A DNA stretch of 64,000 nucleotides. Origin: Saccostrea cucullata. Lineage: Eukaryota. Made by a program: the position numbers and the translations under genes. Positions within the stretch are counted from its first letter, which is position 1. The number at the start of each line of letters is the position of its first letter. The stretch spans positions 64,655 through 128,654 of the forward strand of contig NW_026925150.1 of NCBI RefSeq assembly GCF_032062105.1, written 5' to 3'. The notes beneath the pieces are model-generated. The model was not told the origin of the DNA, did not search any database, and was given only the letters and a program-made list of their open reading frames with translations. This document shows positions 12,566-24,570 of this stretch, one piece after another.

Positions 12566-13685
12566 TTCACAGTCTTTTAATTGATTGATAGGCGATTGCT
12601 AATTTATCGTTCTGTAAGGTTTAAAAATCTTTGGATTTGACTTTAACTTTGACTTTTTCGACATAGGTTCTACCTTATAAAAATGTCTTGTATCGGTTAA
12701 AAAATCTTTCAAATCCTTTATTCTCGTACTTTGAAGATTCTCGTGAGAGCATTAACAATAAAAGTAAAATGCATTTATTCCACAAATTATATAGTTCCTT
12801 CAGAATTAACCTGACGCACACTCACAATACATTTTCAAATTATTATACAAGTTATATTGCAATACTACGGAAGCTCGTTGAGATCAGTTCAGAAAAAGAA
12901 ATATTTTTATTGCGTGTAAACGCAATGAAAAAATATTCTTTCTCTGAACTGTCCTCAACGGGCTTCCGTACAATACAAATAAATCAATTTCAATACACGT
13001 ATATCTGACAAAAGAGAAAATAATGAAATATCTTTCAAGTATCGTCATTATTTTTAAGCCTGAAAATATGGTGAACAAGTAAATTCAGACCCCCCCCCCC
13101 CCCACTCGCTTAAGAAAAAAAAAACAAGATCTAGGATGTCAAGTGGGGATGTTAGGAGAAAAGGGGCGGACACTATAAGAGGTGCAGGTGTGGCTATAAG
13201 GAGCAATGGTTTAAAAATACGTTGCACGGACATAACAATTTTACAAACACATGTTTGAATTTACGACCTTTGACCTTTTGACCTCAAAATGAACAGAGTT
13301 TTCGTTAATATTCTTTAGGGTCTGGTGGAATAATTTTTTTCTGCAAAGGCTCAAAAGATTCTATGGATATCATACGGAAACGGAAGTGTTAAAACAGACA
13401 GAATTTATAAAAGTATGACCTTGATCATTGACTTTTTGACCTCACAATCATTTGGGGAATACTTTGTCCATATGATAGGGAGTTGTGTTAAATGTCATTG
13501 CAAAAGCTCATACAAGATCATACAAGATTGTCGAGATATCTCTCTGAAATAATAGACAGACAGACTGAGAGACAAACAGACCGAAATTATACTGACGGAC
13601 TTTAAAAACACAACACATTTTTCATTATAATTATTTTTCAAAAAATATTTAAATCTTTTATTGCAATTTTCGTACACCATATATC

Positions 13686-13790
13686 ACAGGCACCAAACTC
13701 GCTTGAATTTTTGACCCCCTAGTATATTATAAAGATCTCTTTATAATATACTAGGGGGTCAAAAATTCAAGCGAGTTTGGTGCCTGTGCC
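13686..13790. repeat. Near-perfect 105-bp palindrome (47-50 bp arms, 6-nt centre) inside the Tc1-like element's 5' region
   Basis: 'cacaggcaccaaactcgcttgaatttttgaccccctagtatattataaa gatctc tttataatatactagggggtcaaaaattcaagcgagtttggtgcctgtg'. Confidence 0.9.
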
Positions 13791-13987
13791 ATATATAGAG
13801 CTGATTTTTAAATTCCACTACCCGACTTACCTGTGCTAGTTGTTTGCATGATGTTAGTAGTATTGCACGAGACATTCGGGTCTTTTTTAAAACATATGGA
13901 AAAGTGAAAAGGGGGTTTTGTCGTGATCAATCAACTTTGTCGATGAAAGTATAGTCACCACTAACAGAAGAAATCGAAATAAAGACC

Positions 13988-15009
13988 ATGCCGCGGTTAA
14001 ATAATGAAATGCGAAATCGAGCACTCGGTCTGCTGCAAGCAGGCGTTAGTCAGCGGGAGGTTGCAAGGCGCTTTAACGTTAATCCCTGTACAATTAGCCG
14101 GTTGCTGCATCGGTTTAATCAGACAGGATCAATAAATGATCGTCCAAGACCTGGTCAACCGTTTGTGACAACACCACGTCAACAGGTGTACATACGCCAG
14201 TGTCATTTGCGAGAACGTTTTACGGCAGCTGCGACCACGGCGAGGGAAATTATTGGACGTCATGGGAGGCCTATACATCCTAGAACAGTTTCTAGAATAC
14301 TAAACGCCATGGGATTCGGTGCAGAAGACCTTACAAAGGGCCACAACTAAAGCAGCATCACCGACGTAACAGATTGCTATGGGCCAGGCAGAATCTAAAA
14401 TCAACGCCGGAATTGGACACAGGTTGTATTTTCAGATGAGTCTAAGTTTAATGTTAGCAATGCAGACGGCAGATATCGAGTTTACCGTCGTTTACATGAA
14501 CGTTTTGTGGACAATTGTCTACTTGAACGCGACAGATTTGGAGGGGGTGGCGTCATGGTCTGGGTGCGATAAACCACCATTTTCGTTCACAACTGGTAAT
14601 TTGGAACGGAACTCTCACTAGCAGGAGGTACGTAGACGAAATTCTTCAGCCTGTTTTAGCACCATTATTGCAGCAGCATAGACAAGCCAACAGGCTTATT
14701 TTTCAACAGGACAATGCGCGCGCACATACGGCAAGATTAACGCAAAATTTTCTGCAAACGAACGGCATCAACGTCCTTGATTGGCCCGCTTTGTCTCCAG
14801 ACTTAAATCCGATTGAACATTTATGGGACGAGCTGGGGAGACGTGTGCGCAGACGCCAGCCTCAGCCTCAGAACCCACAGGAACTTGAGAGAGCCTTGTT
14901 GGAGGAGTGGCAGAATATTCCTCAAAGGACTATTCGAAGTGTCTTCCAGTCAATGACACGTCGCCTTCGCGCCGTAATTCGTGCCAATGGAGGCCATACA
15001 CAGTATTAG
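13988..15009 (+). pseudogene. Tc1-like transposase, frame-disrupted: HTH/paired-like N-terminus plus DDE catalytic domain split over three frames
   Basis: ORF 13988..14350 'NRALGLLQAGVSQREVARRFNVNPCTISRL' is an HTH. The frame then shifts with stops through 14350-14667. ORF 14668..15009 'IFQQDNARAHTA...LDWPALSPDLNPIEHLWDELGRR' carries the DD(34)E signature. Confidence 0.8.
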
Positions 15010-15329
15010 TGACCAAAACCACATGTTTGACGCACCCCTCTTTGACATTCTTTTCAGTTGTACCCCTTTTGTGCATAAAATGGTGTTAAAAATTAAAGAA
15101 CACTGAACATTATAAACATGGTTGAATGTATGCAAGAAATAATCAGTTTATAAGAAATATGAATAAATTTAAAATACCAAATATTATTAGGTGTTGCGAT
15201 TTTAAAGTCCGTCAGTATATTATCCACATACATAATAATTTCAAATGTTGAATTGAAATTGATGACTTATTGTCGAAAAGAATAAAAAGAAAAGGAATTA
15301 AAAAATTCCTTCGCAACGTATTTGATTTC

Positions 15330-17100
15330 TACGAAAGCCGGATAGGCTCATTTCTGAAAAGATAAAAAAATATTTAACTCGTTATAACGAGTTAATTATC
15401 TCGTTATAACGACTTAGTTATCTCGTTATAACGACTTAGTATCTCGTTATAACGAGTTAATTATGTCCTTATAAGGACTTAGTTTTATCTCGTTATTACG
15501 AATTACTTATGTCGTTATAACGAGTTAGTATCTCGTTATAACGAATTAATTATCTCGTTATAACGACTTAGTTATCTCGTTATAACGAGTTAATGATCTC
15601 GTTATAACGAGTTAATGATCTCGTTATAACGAGTTAGTTATCTCGTTATAACGAATTAATTATCTCGTTATAACGAGTTAATGATCTCGTTATAACCACT
15701 TAGTTATCTCGTTATAACGAGTTAGTTATCTCGTTATAACGAATTAGTTTTCTCGTTATAACGAGTTAATTATCTCGTTATAACGAAATAATAAGTTGCC
15801 CTTTTATTTCCAAATTAATAGCAATATAGGAATTAAAAATGGCTGTAGTTTTAATGCTATTGAAGTTTAATTGATAATTATCAGTCGTACTTAACTTTAA
15901 AATTGATAAAGAGATGCAAATATAATTTGCAATATGGTTTTAATAATACCTGTACTAATCCTGTTCGAACTACAAGTATCTTGCCGTCAATAATCACAAT
16001 TTGATAAAAATAGCTATCTTTTAATCGAACACATTTATACGTGAACGTCTCTAAGTACACACTATTAAAAATATATGGCCAAATGTACTTGCTTCAAAGT
16101 TTTGCAATTTAAGTATAACAACTTTCTCCGATAAAACACACTATTTTTTTTATATATGTTTAACTTTTGGATGACCTTATAGCTTCCATAATCAATGTCT
16201 AATTTCTTAATTAATGCATTATAATGTCAAGCTAAGGCAGGCGTTAGTTACACAACATATCTTATATACACTTACAGCGTAATATATATTATTTTTAGAG
16301 TCAGAAATGTTTTGAAGAAGGGGGGTATAGAGACATCAGCATTTAGGTCTTGGGCCCGCGTAAAATTCGGGGGCTACTGTCCACTCATAACACAACATCA
16401 CGAGGCAGTCATAAGGTTCCGTATACACGTACACGTATTTGTCTTTGGTGTTTTTGAATAAAACAATACAAATCAACTGCATCGTTTATAATTAAACGAA
16501 CTACAATCACAGACACAACCCCTCGAGAAAAAAAACAAAAACAAAACTAGTTTGCTGTTTTTCAATGAAATATTTATCATACACACAAACTTGATCGACT
16601 CGATTTTATATGCAATACTTCCTATTACTTACATATATCAACTTTAGAGTTTTTAACTCGTTATAACGAGAAAATTAACTCGTTATAACGAGAAAAATTA
16701 ACTCGTTATAACGAGAAAATTTCTCGTTATAACGAGTTAATTTTCTCGTTATAACGAGATAACTAAGTCATTATAACGAGATAACTAACTCGTTATAACG
16801 AGATAACTAACTCGTTATAACGAGATAACTAACTCGTTATAACGAGATAAATAACTCGTTATAACGAGATAATTAACTCGTTATAAGGAGATAACTAACT
16901 CGTTATAACGAGATATCTAAGTCGTTATAACGAGATAATTAACTCATTATAACGAGATACTAACTTGTTATAACGAGATAATTTACTCGTTTTAACGAGA
17001 CTAACTCATTCTAACGAGATAATTAACTCGTTATAACGAGTTAATTTTTTTTTATCTTCTCAGAAATGAGCCTATCCGGCTTTCGTAGATTTCTAATGAA
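15330..17100. mobile_element. Foldback-type element. The arms are inverted arrays of a ~22-bp minisatellite whose core is the 14-bp palindrome CTCGTTATAACGAG. A ~870-bp spacer separates the arms, and ~60-bp outer terminal inverted repeats flank them.
   Basis: Array 15360..15790 ('tctcgttataacgagttaattatctcgttataacgacttag...') and the inverted array 16660..17040 ('aactcgttataacgagataact...'). Outer inverted repeats 15320-15360 'gatttctacgaaagccggataggctcatttctgaaaagataaaaaa' against 17045-17100 (rc). Confidence 0.75.
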
Positions 17101-17351
17101 AATCAAATGAAAAGAAATAATATTTTATAATTACCTGTTTCGTTTTGCAGACTGATATTCATATTGTTGATCATTCTGCAAATAATACAAAATAAGAGCT
17201 TATTTCTCTTTTGAGAATGCAAATGTAAGAAATATGTTATAACAACTTTTTCAAAAGGGGTATCAAATTTTTTTATCTACTCTCATTCATTCTAAGGTTG
17301 TCACGTTAGAGACCATGGTAACCTTTAAATATTCATATAATTATATCGATA

Positions 17352-17577
17352 TAGATACTGTGGTTTCGTCGATTTTCGTTGGCATCAATTTTCGTGGATT
17401 TTGTAAAACAGACGTTTTCGAGGATACGTAATTTCGTGGACAAAAGCATTGCCTATACAAATGAATGTCATATTTCGTAATTCAATGAACATTTGAATTC
17501 GTGGATCTGCTTAACAACGAAATCCAAGAAAATTTGTGCCCAACGAATATTGATGAAACCACAGTATATGAATATTT
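17352..17577. mobile_element. Small MITE (~226 bp) with 28-bp terminal inverted repeats
   Basis: 'atactgtggtttcgtcgattttcgttgg' at 17352 against 'ccaacgaatattgatgaaaccacagtat' at 17550. Confidence 0.6.
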
Positions 17578-17584
17578 TCAAAGT

Positions 17585-19560
17585 CAGAAAGTATTGTCTT
17601 TGAATTAACTTCGCGGGGGCGGGATTTGTAATGAATCTTCACTTTCGGGATTCAATGAAAGATACCATGTTTGTGCTATCGTGTAGTTTACAGGATTATA
17701 CGTGTGTAGGCCGAAACAATATATTTTTAAAAGGTATATATGATTAAGGAATCACTGTCTAGTTTTTAGAGTATGCCAGGGCATCAACAATAGTGGGAAA
17801 CATGGGATAATTTGCATAACGGTCGAAGCCCGTTATGCTAAAATTATCCCGTGTTTCCCACTATTGTTGATGTCCCTGGCATACTCTCAAAACTACACAG
17901 TGATTCCTTATATTTCCATTTCATTGTGAAATAAAATTGTAGATTTAGACTTTAAAAATGTAGACAAAGACTATATTCACACGAGGACTTCCATGCCAAT
18001 TTCAATAGTCCTCGCCCATTGACGTCAAACAGATAGGCAGCCGCACGAGATTTACATGCATATTTGGCCTCCTTAGCGTCAGACACAGAGACAGATGCGC
18101 ACAGGATTTGCATGCGTATTAGGCCTCCTTAGCTCCTGACCTATCGACCTGCCTAATTTACATTCCGGCAGAATTATCAAGAAATAAACTCCGACAACTT
18201 TCAAAGAGTTATCACAGAGAAAAAAAATTAAAAAAAATTAGAAATGGAAATATAAAGACATCAACAGTTAGATTCCAAAAAATATAAACGGTGAACCATG
18301 AAAGAATTACGTATATCAGATAAAGTATGTTTAAGTATGTTTAAGCTTAGTCGCACAAAGTTTAAAGTAGGAAAGTGTAGAGTCAGCCAAATTAAATAAA
18401 TACTCAATAAAAAAAGAAACACATATTGTTTTACTTGTCAAAGAAATATTTAAAATGTACATGGAACGACTATTTTTTATATCATTGGATACCTGTGACC
18501 TATTTAAAGGACAACATGGGGTTTTAAAACCCAATTGTTGAATTATCTCCCTTGATTAAACATTTATATGAAAGTACTACCAGTAGTGTTTTTCATGATT
18601 TCTTCTAAATCGGATGTCTATTTTCGTTGATATTTGGATTTAGAGAAACTGTTAACACCCCAATTAAACCCAGATTTAAGATTTGATTGCAGTGTTGATG
18701 CTGCAATGCCACGCCGAAACAAAGATGAACACAACCAGGCAAACGATGATACTAAACGGAACTACGCAATAGGAAGTTGCAACTGTATGTTGAATAAATC
18801 AATGGGTTTTGCAACCATTAAACTAACGTCTGAAGACAACTATCTGGCCATCCGCAGGTAACCACAACCAGCCAGGACCGTCAGACCCCCCCCCCCTTCA
18901 GCACCTTATATATGCTATTCAGAACGTGCTGTAAAAATCAGCATAAAGGTGCATAAATTGTTCGCAAGAGACTGGAAAAAGATGGTATTCCTCAACGATA
19001 TCCGTACATTGGAAACCCAATAGCATTGACACGTCGCACAGTACATTTTGATATGCCCCTTGAATTTGGAGGCGATGAAAATGGCATCAACTTGACTTTT
19101 CAATTTGCAACATAGGGCATGTTTGATTTTTATCACAACACACTCTAAAATAAGGTTTAAACTGACAAGTTAGATTTTCATATTATTCTGAATATGCGTT
19201 TCTTTTTTTTTTTTTGTTGTTGACTATATAACAAGAAAAAACAGACATGCGAGAGTTTTCATTGTGTGGATCTCCGCTGTATTGATAAAGCTGGATGAGG
19301 GAAACAAAGATACTCTTGCGTCCCCTTCTTCAAAAGTGGTGAACGATAAAATAGCGCCTCATGAATATAACTGTTGATGTGTCTCCATCTCCCATTTTTC
19401 AAAGTATTTTTTAATTTGATTCAGCCGATATAATCGTACACGTTGGCAAATGCATAGTACATATTAAGTTTTCAGTGATACACGGGTGAAGTGAAGATTA
19501 ATTAGAAAACCCGCCCCCGCAAAGTTAATTTAAAAATACTTTTTTCTGACTTTTTCTCGC
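17585..19560. mobile_element. ~2-kb non-autonomous element bounded by ~70-bp inverted repeats. It contains a 150-bp hairpin (17745..17900) and a CRE-containing dispersed repeat (17980..18135; another copy at 6451..6570).
   Basis: 17585 'aaagtcagaaagtattgtctttgaattaacttcgcgggggcgggatttgtaatgaatcttcac' is the reverse complement of 19495..19560. Hairpin 'cactgtctagtttttagagtatgccagggcatcaacaatagtgggaaacatgggataattt' / rc. Confidence 0.55.
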
Positions 19561-19977
19561 AAATATTCATTTAATAAATAAATTTCCAATATACATTTCA
19601 ATGTATAATTTGGATTCCCTGTTGTGACTCCGCCGTATCCATAGGGGTCATGGTCTGAACAGTTAAGATTCTACACTGTCCCTTGAAGGCTTCCCTTTAT
19701 TTTCAGCTTTTCTGTCTCTGTGGTTTTTGAGATCAAGATTTTTAATGACCCAACCCAATTTTTGCCTTTACTTCAGTGAAAATATTCCCATTTTCTAATC
19801 AATTATGGAATTTTTCTTTAAAAATCAATACCTTTGACACCTCGAGAAAATAGCATCCACCCTTCAAAAGATAATCGAACTTTGCTTCAGTTGAATACTT
19901 TTAAAAATATATAATATAGTTGATATTAATTGAAAAGTTTTTCTTTTCATTTTGCGGTACCCCAATTTAAGAGCCAG

Positions 19978-21024
19978 TTTTTTTTTTTTTTTTTTGTTTT
20001 TTTTTCAATTTTCGTTTTCTTATCTGAAATACATTTGATATCCTGTCATCCTCTGTTCTATATATCATAATCATGACATAACATAATCTTAAAGAAAAAT
20101 CCTTAAGTTTGTTTTTATAATAATATTCCAGAATGTTCTTACCTGGAAATCGAATCTCACACCCTTGGAAATTCCAGCTTTCAATATGGAAGCTTTATTA
20201 ACAGGCACGTCACTGAATATATTATGATTAACATTTTGATGACCATGCTTTACTAGGATATCGACTATAAACATGACGAGTTGATTTTTTTTATATTGAT
20301 TATTACATTTATTGTATGGTATCTTTTGTTTAAGCGAAATTTGATTTTTTTTTATCATATTATTAGCGTTTAACACAAAGCCCATCCTAAGTAATGATTG
20401 CCCTGTGCACAGAGTGTCCCAGAATATATGACACAATTACATAATATTGAATAAAAACAAATACAATTGTACAAGGAAAACATTGCATAATTATACCGCC
20501 CAATCTAATTCACGCAATTTAACGGACACTGAAACATGTGAAAGAAACACAGTTTAAAAAAGTTCGTTCACTCTGAAAAATGCTATGGTAAAAAAATAAT
20601 GTTCTCTAAAGGATTTATTGAACAATTCTAATCTGCATTTTGGCAAGGAATAATTGGAGGAATTTCTAGTAGAGTTTTGTGAAATACATGTATTGCCTCT
20701 AATATCAGATACTATGTTTTGAATGTAAGTAGATACTAAATTGTTGTGTATTTTGTACATTGTTACTAGATTTGTTCGATTTCTTCTATTTTCCAATGGT
20801 TCCCATTCAGTTTCCAGATAAAGTGAATTTTTAGAAGCAATAAGCGTAAGACCAGTTACTATTCTAGCAGCAAATAATTGAACTTTCTCAAGCTTTTCAA
20901 TGTCTGCCTTTGAACATTCCGACCAAACTTCAACTGCATATTCCAGTTGTGGTCTGATAAAAGAAATATACATCTGGGACAAAATACATGTATCCCTTGA
21001 TTTGTATTTCTGGAAATGTATCAT
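19978..21024 (-). mobile_element. 3' fragment of a non-LTR retrotransposon (CR1/jockey-like RT C-terminal domain) ending in a poly(A) tail at 19978..20008 (seen as a T-run on the plus strand)
   Basis: ORF 20554..21024(-) 'IRPQLEYAVEVWSECSKADIEKLEKVQLFAARIV...WEPLENRRNRTNLVTMYKIHNNLV' is the conserved post-RT domain. ORF 20089..20436(-) continues it. A T17-T27 run lies at the 3' end. Confidence 0.7.
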
Positions 21025-21440
21025 TAGGCCTTACATCAAATTTCTATATTTGGAAGTTCATGGTCACTGTCATCTAAAAATGTGACAGATGTAAAATACT
21101 TCTTTAAGAGTTCAATCTTGTCGGAGACAAATCTTTTCGGAGTTTTATTAATTTGTTATAACAAATTACTATTTTTTGACATATTTGACATGTGCACAGA
21201 ACTATGGAATCTATATCAGATTAGAAATCTTCAAAATATTAAATTTGTGAAACAATAAACACACGCTCTGCAGAGCTTTTCACCTATATGTTTCTTTTAG
21301 CAGCTCAGAGTTTTCACTTCAAACATAAATGCCATGATAAAATGCATAAAAGTCCTTAATTCTATTCCTTATAGCTTATTCTTATTCTCTCTCTCTCTGT
21401 CTTTCTCTCTCTTATACTGTTCAATCCAATTCATGTATAA

Positions 21441-21779
21441 ATCAGGCACGTAGCATTGTTTTTGAAAGTGTGTGTGTGTGGGGGGGGGGGGGGGCAACCA
21501 GAGAAAAAAAACCTTTCCCTTACCTTAAAAAAACAAACAAACACGTAAATCCTATTTCGTGGGGAGGGGGGGGGGTTGCGGCTAACTTCCTTTCCCTTCC
21601 AATTTTTTCCATACAATGCCACATTTTCCTTCATATCATTATACTGTGGTAAGAAGTGGGGGGGGGGCAATCGTTCAATGGACATTTTCAATAGTAAAGG
21701 TAATGTTGGGAAAAAAGGTTGGGCCGGGGGGGGGGGGGGCAGGCCCCCCTGCCCCCCCCCCCCATTGCTACATGCCTGT
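21441..21779 (-). mobile_element. MITE, family defined by the TIR 'CAGGCACGTAGCAT' and internal G/C homopolymer tracts (10-17 nt). Copy 1.
   Basis: The ends 'caggcacgtagcattg' and 'caatgctacatgcctg' are reverse complements. The internal segment 'ttcaatagtaaaggtaatgttggg' is shared with the copy at 63395..63775. Confidence 0.65.
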
Positions 21780-22039
21780 AAAGAATAACATCTTTAAACT
21801 GAATGCCAAAATCCTGGATCTGCTCTTATGGTGAACATCCATGGTTCCGTATAAAGCTGTATGCAACAAAGGCAACATTGACCAAAATGAATTTGTATAG
21901 ATAAATTATCAAGAAAAAAAATACAATTCGTAACAACATTCCCCGGAAAACAAAAGAAAAAAAACCCACAATATTCTTGAGTGGGTAGCGCTTGGTAAAA
22001 TTTAATATTAAATACCTAATGTGTCATTCAATTCTTTTG

Positions 22040-22880
22040 TATGGCTAAAATTTTTATAATTAAAAAAAGGGTTTATTCCCACTTAGCCAACATTTTTGAA
22101 AAATCCTATTCCCACATAGCCAACGGGTGCGTATCATTACCGCTAAATTTTAAAAATATTCATTACCGCTACATAGTCATTACCGCTACAAAAAATCTTA
22201 CAATACCGCTACATAAAAAAGTATACATTACCGCTACATTGCCTCTTTCGTTAGCCAGCCACATATGCGTGTACAGTACAACCTATAAATGCATAAGACC
22301 CGTTTCCCCTGCTCACCACGGGGAGGTGAAAGTAGGACTTTAAGCAGGATGGGTTTTTTTATGGCATTATTAAAATCAACTTTATTTCATAAAACACACA
22401 CAAAAAATTTTGAAAATCAAGCACTGTTTATAGATGCAGTTCTAAGTTTTTTCAAACGTTTTTTACACTATCGCTAAAGCCTTGAAAGCCTTTTGCTTGA
22501 CATATTGTTGTTTTCTAAATTTATAACCATCGATAAGTAAGCCGGCATTCCCTCAATTTGTAACAAACTTCTCAATTGTGGCCATAATGTTCAGATGAAG
22601 CTATAAAATAATTAAATTTCGACTGCTCATTCTGATTAGATAGTTAGTGAATTCTGTTGATTAAAACTCATATACCGAACCATACCTGCCTAAATCGATA
22701 TGTAGCGGTAATGAGTTGTTTTCGACTGATTCAATATGTAGCGGTAATGAGTTGTTTTTGGTCGGAAAAAATGTAGCGGTAATGATCGGTCGAAAATCTG
22801 AAAAAATGTAGCGGTAATGAGTTGAAATTTTTGGCAATGGAGCGGTAATGTTGACCTCCCTAGCCAACATTTTGATTTTT
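22040..22880. mobile_element. Foldback-like element: inverted arms of short tandem repeats ('cattaccgctacat' units) with 'cccacttagccaacat' termini
   Basis: 22070-22250 against 22680-22875 are reverse-complement arrays. A related mini-hairpin lies at 24066..24130. Confidence 0.6.
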
Positions 22881-24136
22881 ACACCTGAGTGATTAATAGG
22901 CTATAGTCTGTTTTCTGGTGTGAATTACCTGAGAATTAATTCCTTTGGAAAAAAAACCAATGTAAAAATATACCAACCAGGGGTAAAATTTGACTCAAAA
23001 TAAATATAAAATTAATTAAAGAAAATAAAATTAAAGTTCAATAATTTGTTAATGTAAAAAAGTAGTAAAATTTTACCAGATAATTAATTGGTTTAATTTT
23101 AATTAATAAATAGAATGTTAATATCATATATAAGTAAATATAGAATAAAATATTTTTATTTTACCACACAACATGTTTTCATTAGAAAATAAATAAAAAC
23201 AAGACACTCTGAAGAAACAAGTATGTATAATCATGAAATTTTTAATTTAATTTCCGACATCTTTTGTTTTCATTTCCAGAATTTACTATTGCAGCAAGTG
23301 AAAATGGAATTTTAAAAGTATTTATTACAAAATACTGATAGTTTAAAAAAAAGCATCTACGCATATGTGCATATATGTAGCACTAAATCTAGGTAAAAGA
23401 GTTCAATAAGCATAAACTTATATAACTTTTTCACCGCACTTTTTCAACTTTAATGTTAGTGATATCCTCACACTTATGTCTAAGTCATTGATACAAAATG
23501 TAAATTTCAATTATTTATTTATGACTTTTTTTTAAGTCTTAGGATCTGTTACCAAAAGTACTAAATATTTATTTGAAAAATGTTGGAAATTAAGACAAAA
23601 AAATGTTGAAAATGAAAAATAAAAAGTTGATTGTTACAAAAAATTTCGGAAATAAAATGCATAACATAACAGTACCAATACACAAGTTAAGTTTTAGCAA
23701 ATTAACTTAGTTTTCATATTTATATTTCCAGATGGAAAAGTAATGTAAGCATTTATTATTTTAGTATTTTAGGTTTACATAAGTGTTTTTAGGTATAATT
23801 TAATAAAATTCTTTAGAAAAAGAGAATTTGTTATTCATTTCATATTTTAGATATGAATTCATCTAAAAATAGTGGTAAAAATAATGAAATATTTAAAAAG
23901 TTAGTTTTAAAATATTATTTCATATATTTTTTTGGAACTATTTGATATTTATGAGTAGAAGACATTCATTTTTTTATATGAATTATTTACTATTTATTTA
24001 GCATATTGCTAAAACAGACTATAGCCTACCTGTAATTTATTTCTTTTGCTCTCTACCTGCACCCCATTCCCACTTAGCCAACATAGATTTACCTGTGTTT
24101 TACCTGTATTTTTTCAAAATGTTGGCTAAGTGGGAA

Positions 24137-24570
24137 GACACCAAAAAAAGAGCCTGCTGGAAAAGCTCTCAATATATAGTCCGATTAAAGCCTTATTTAT
24201 TCTTGGCCAAAAACAGTTACAAACTATTTTCAGAAATCCGACTTATACTAAGAATTTTGATTTGATCTGGCTTTCGTAGATCTGTATACATTTCAAATTT
24301 TGTCAAAAATAGTAATTTGTTATAACAAATTTGTTATTCTTTTGTATGGCTAAAATTTTTATAATAAAAAAAAAGAGCCTGCTGGAAAAGCTCTCAATAT
24401 ATAATCCGATTAAAGCCTTATTTATTCTTGGCCAAAAAAAGTAGTTACAAACTATTTTCAGAAATCCGACTTAATTACTAAGAATTTTAATTTGATCTGG
24501 CTTTCGTAGATCTGTATACATTTCAAATTTTGTCAAAAATAGTAATTTGTTATAACAAATTCTTAATTTG
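24137..24570. repeat. Tandem duplication (2 x ~230 bp)
   Basis: 'aaaagagcctgctggaaaagctctcaatatata.tccgattaaagccttatttattcttggccaaaaa...tttgtcaaaaatagtaatttgttataacaaa' occurs twice. Confidence 0.85.

Larger units (their letters stand above)
13586..15220 (+). mobile_element. Tc1/mariner-family (Tc1-like) DNA transposon, ~1.63 kb, with ~22-bp terminal inverted repeats
   Basis: 'ttatactgacggactttaaaa' at 13588 against 'ttttaaagtccgtcagtatat' at 15198. The internal transposase reading frame is at 13988..15009. Confidence 0.65.

Noticed and set aside
15360-17040. Regularly spaced ~22-bp direct repeats that look superficially like a CRISPR array
   Set aside because: The 'spacers' are constant, the unit is itself palindromic, the two arrays are inverted copies forming foldback arms, and the context is eukaryotic (introns, LINEs, Tc1). 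This is a minisatellite/foldback element, not CRISPR.
18634-18861. ORF 18634..18861(+), 75 aa
   Set aside because: It lies inside the 2-kb TIR element, has no motifs or homology, and is probably a chance ORF.
21431-21834. Overlapping ORFs 21431..21691(-), 21470..21652(+), 21576..21788(+), 21616..21834(+) encoding poly-Gly/Pro peptides
   Set aside because: They are artefacts of reading G/C homopolymer tracts in the MITE. All frames are open over the same DNA, with no start context and no homology.
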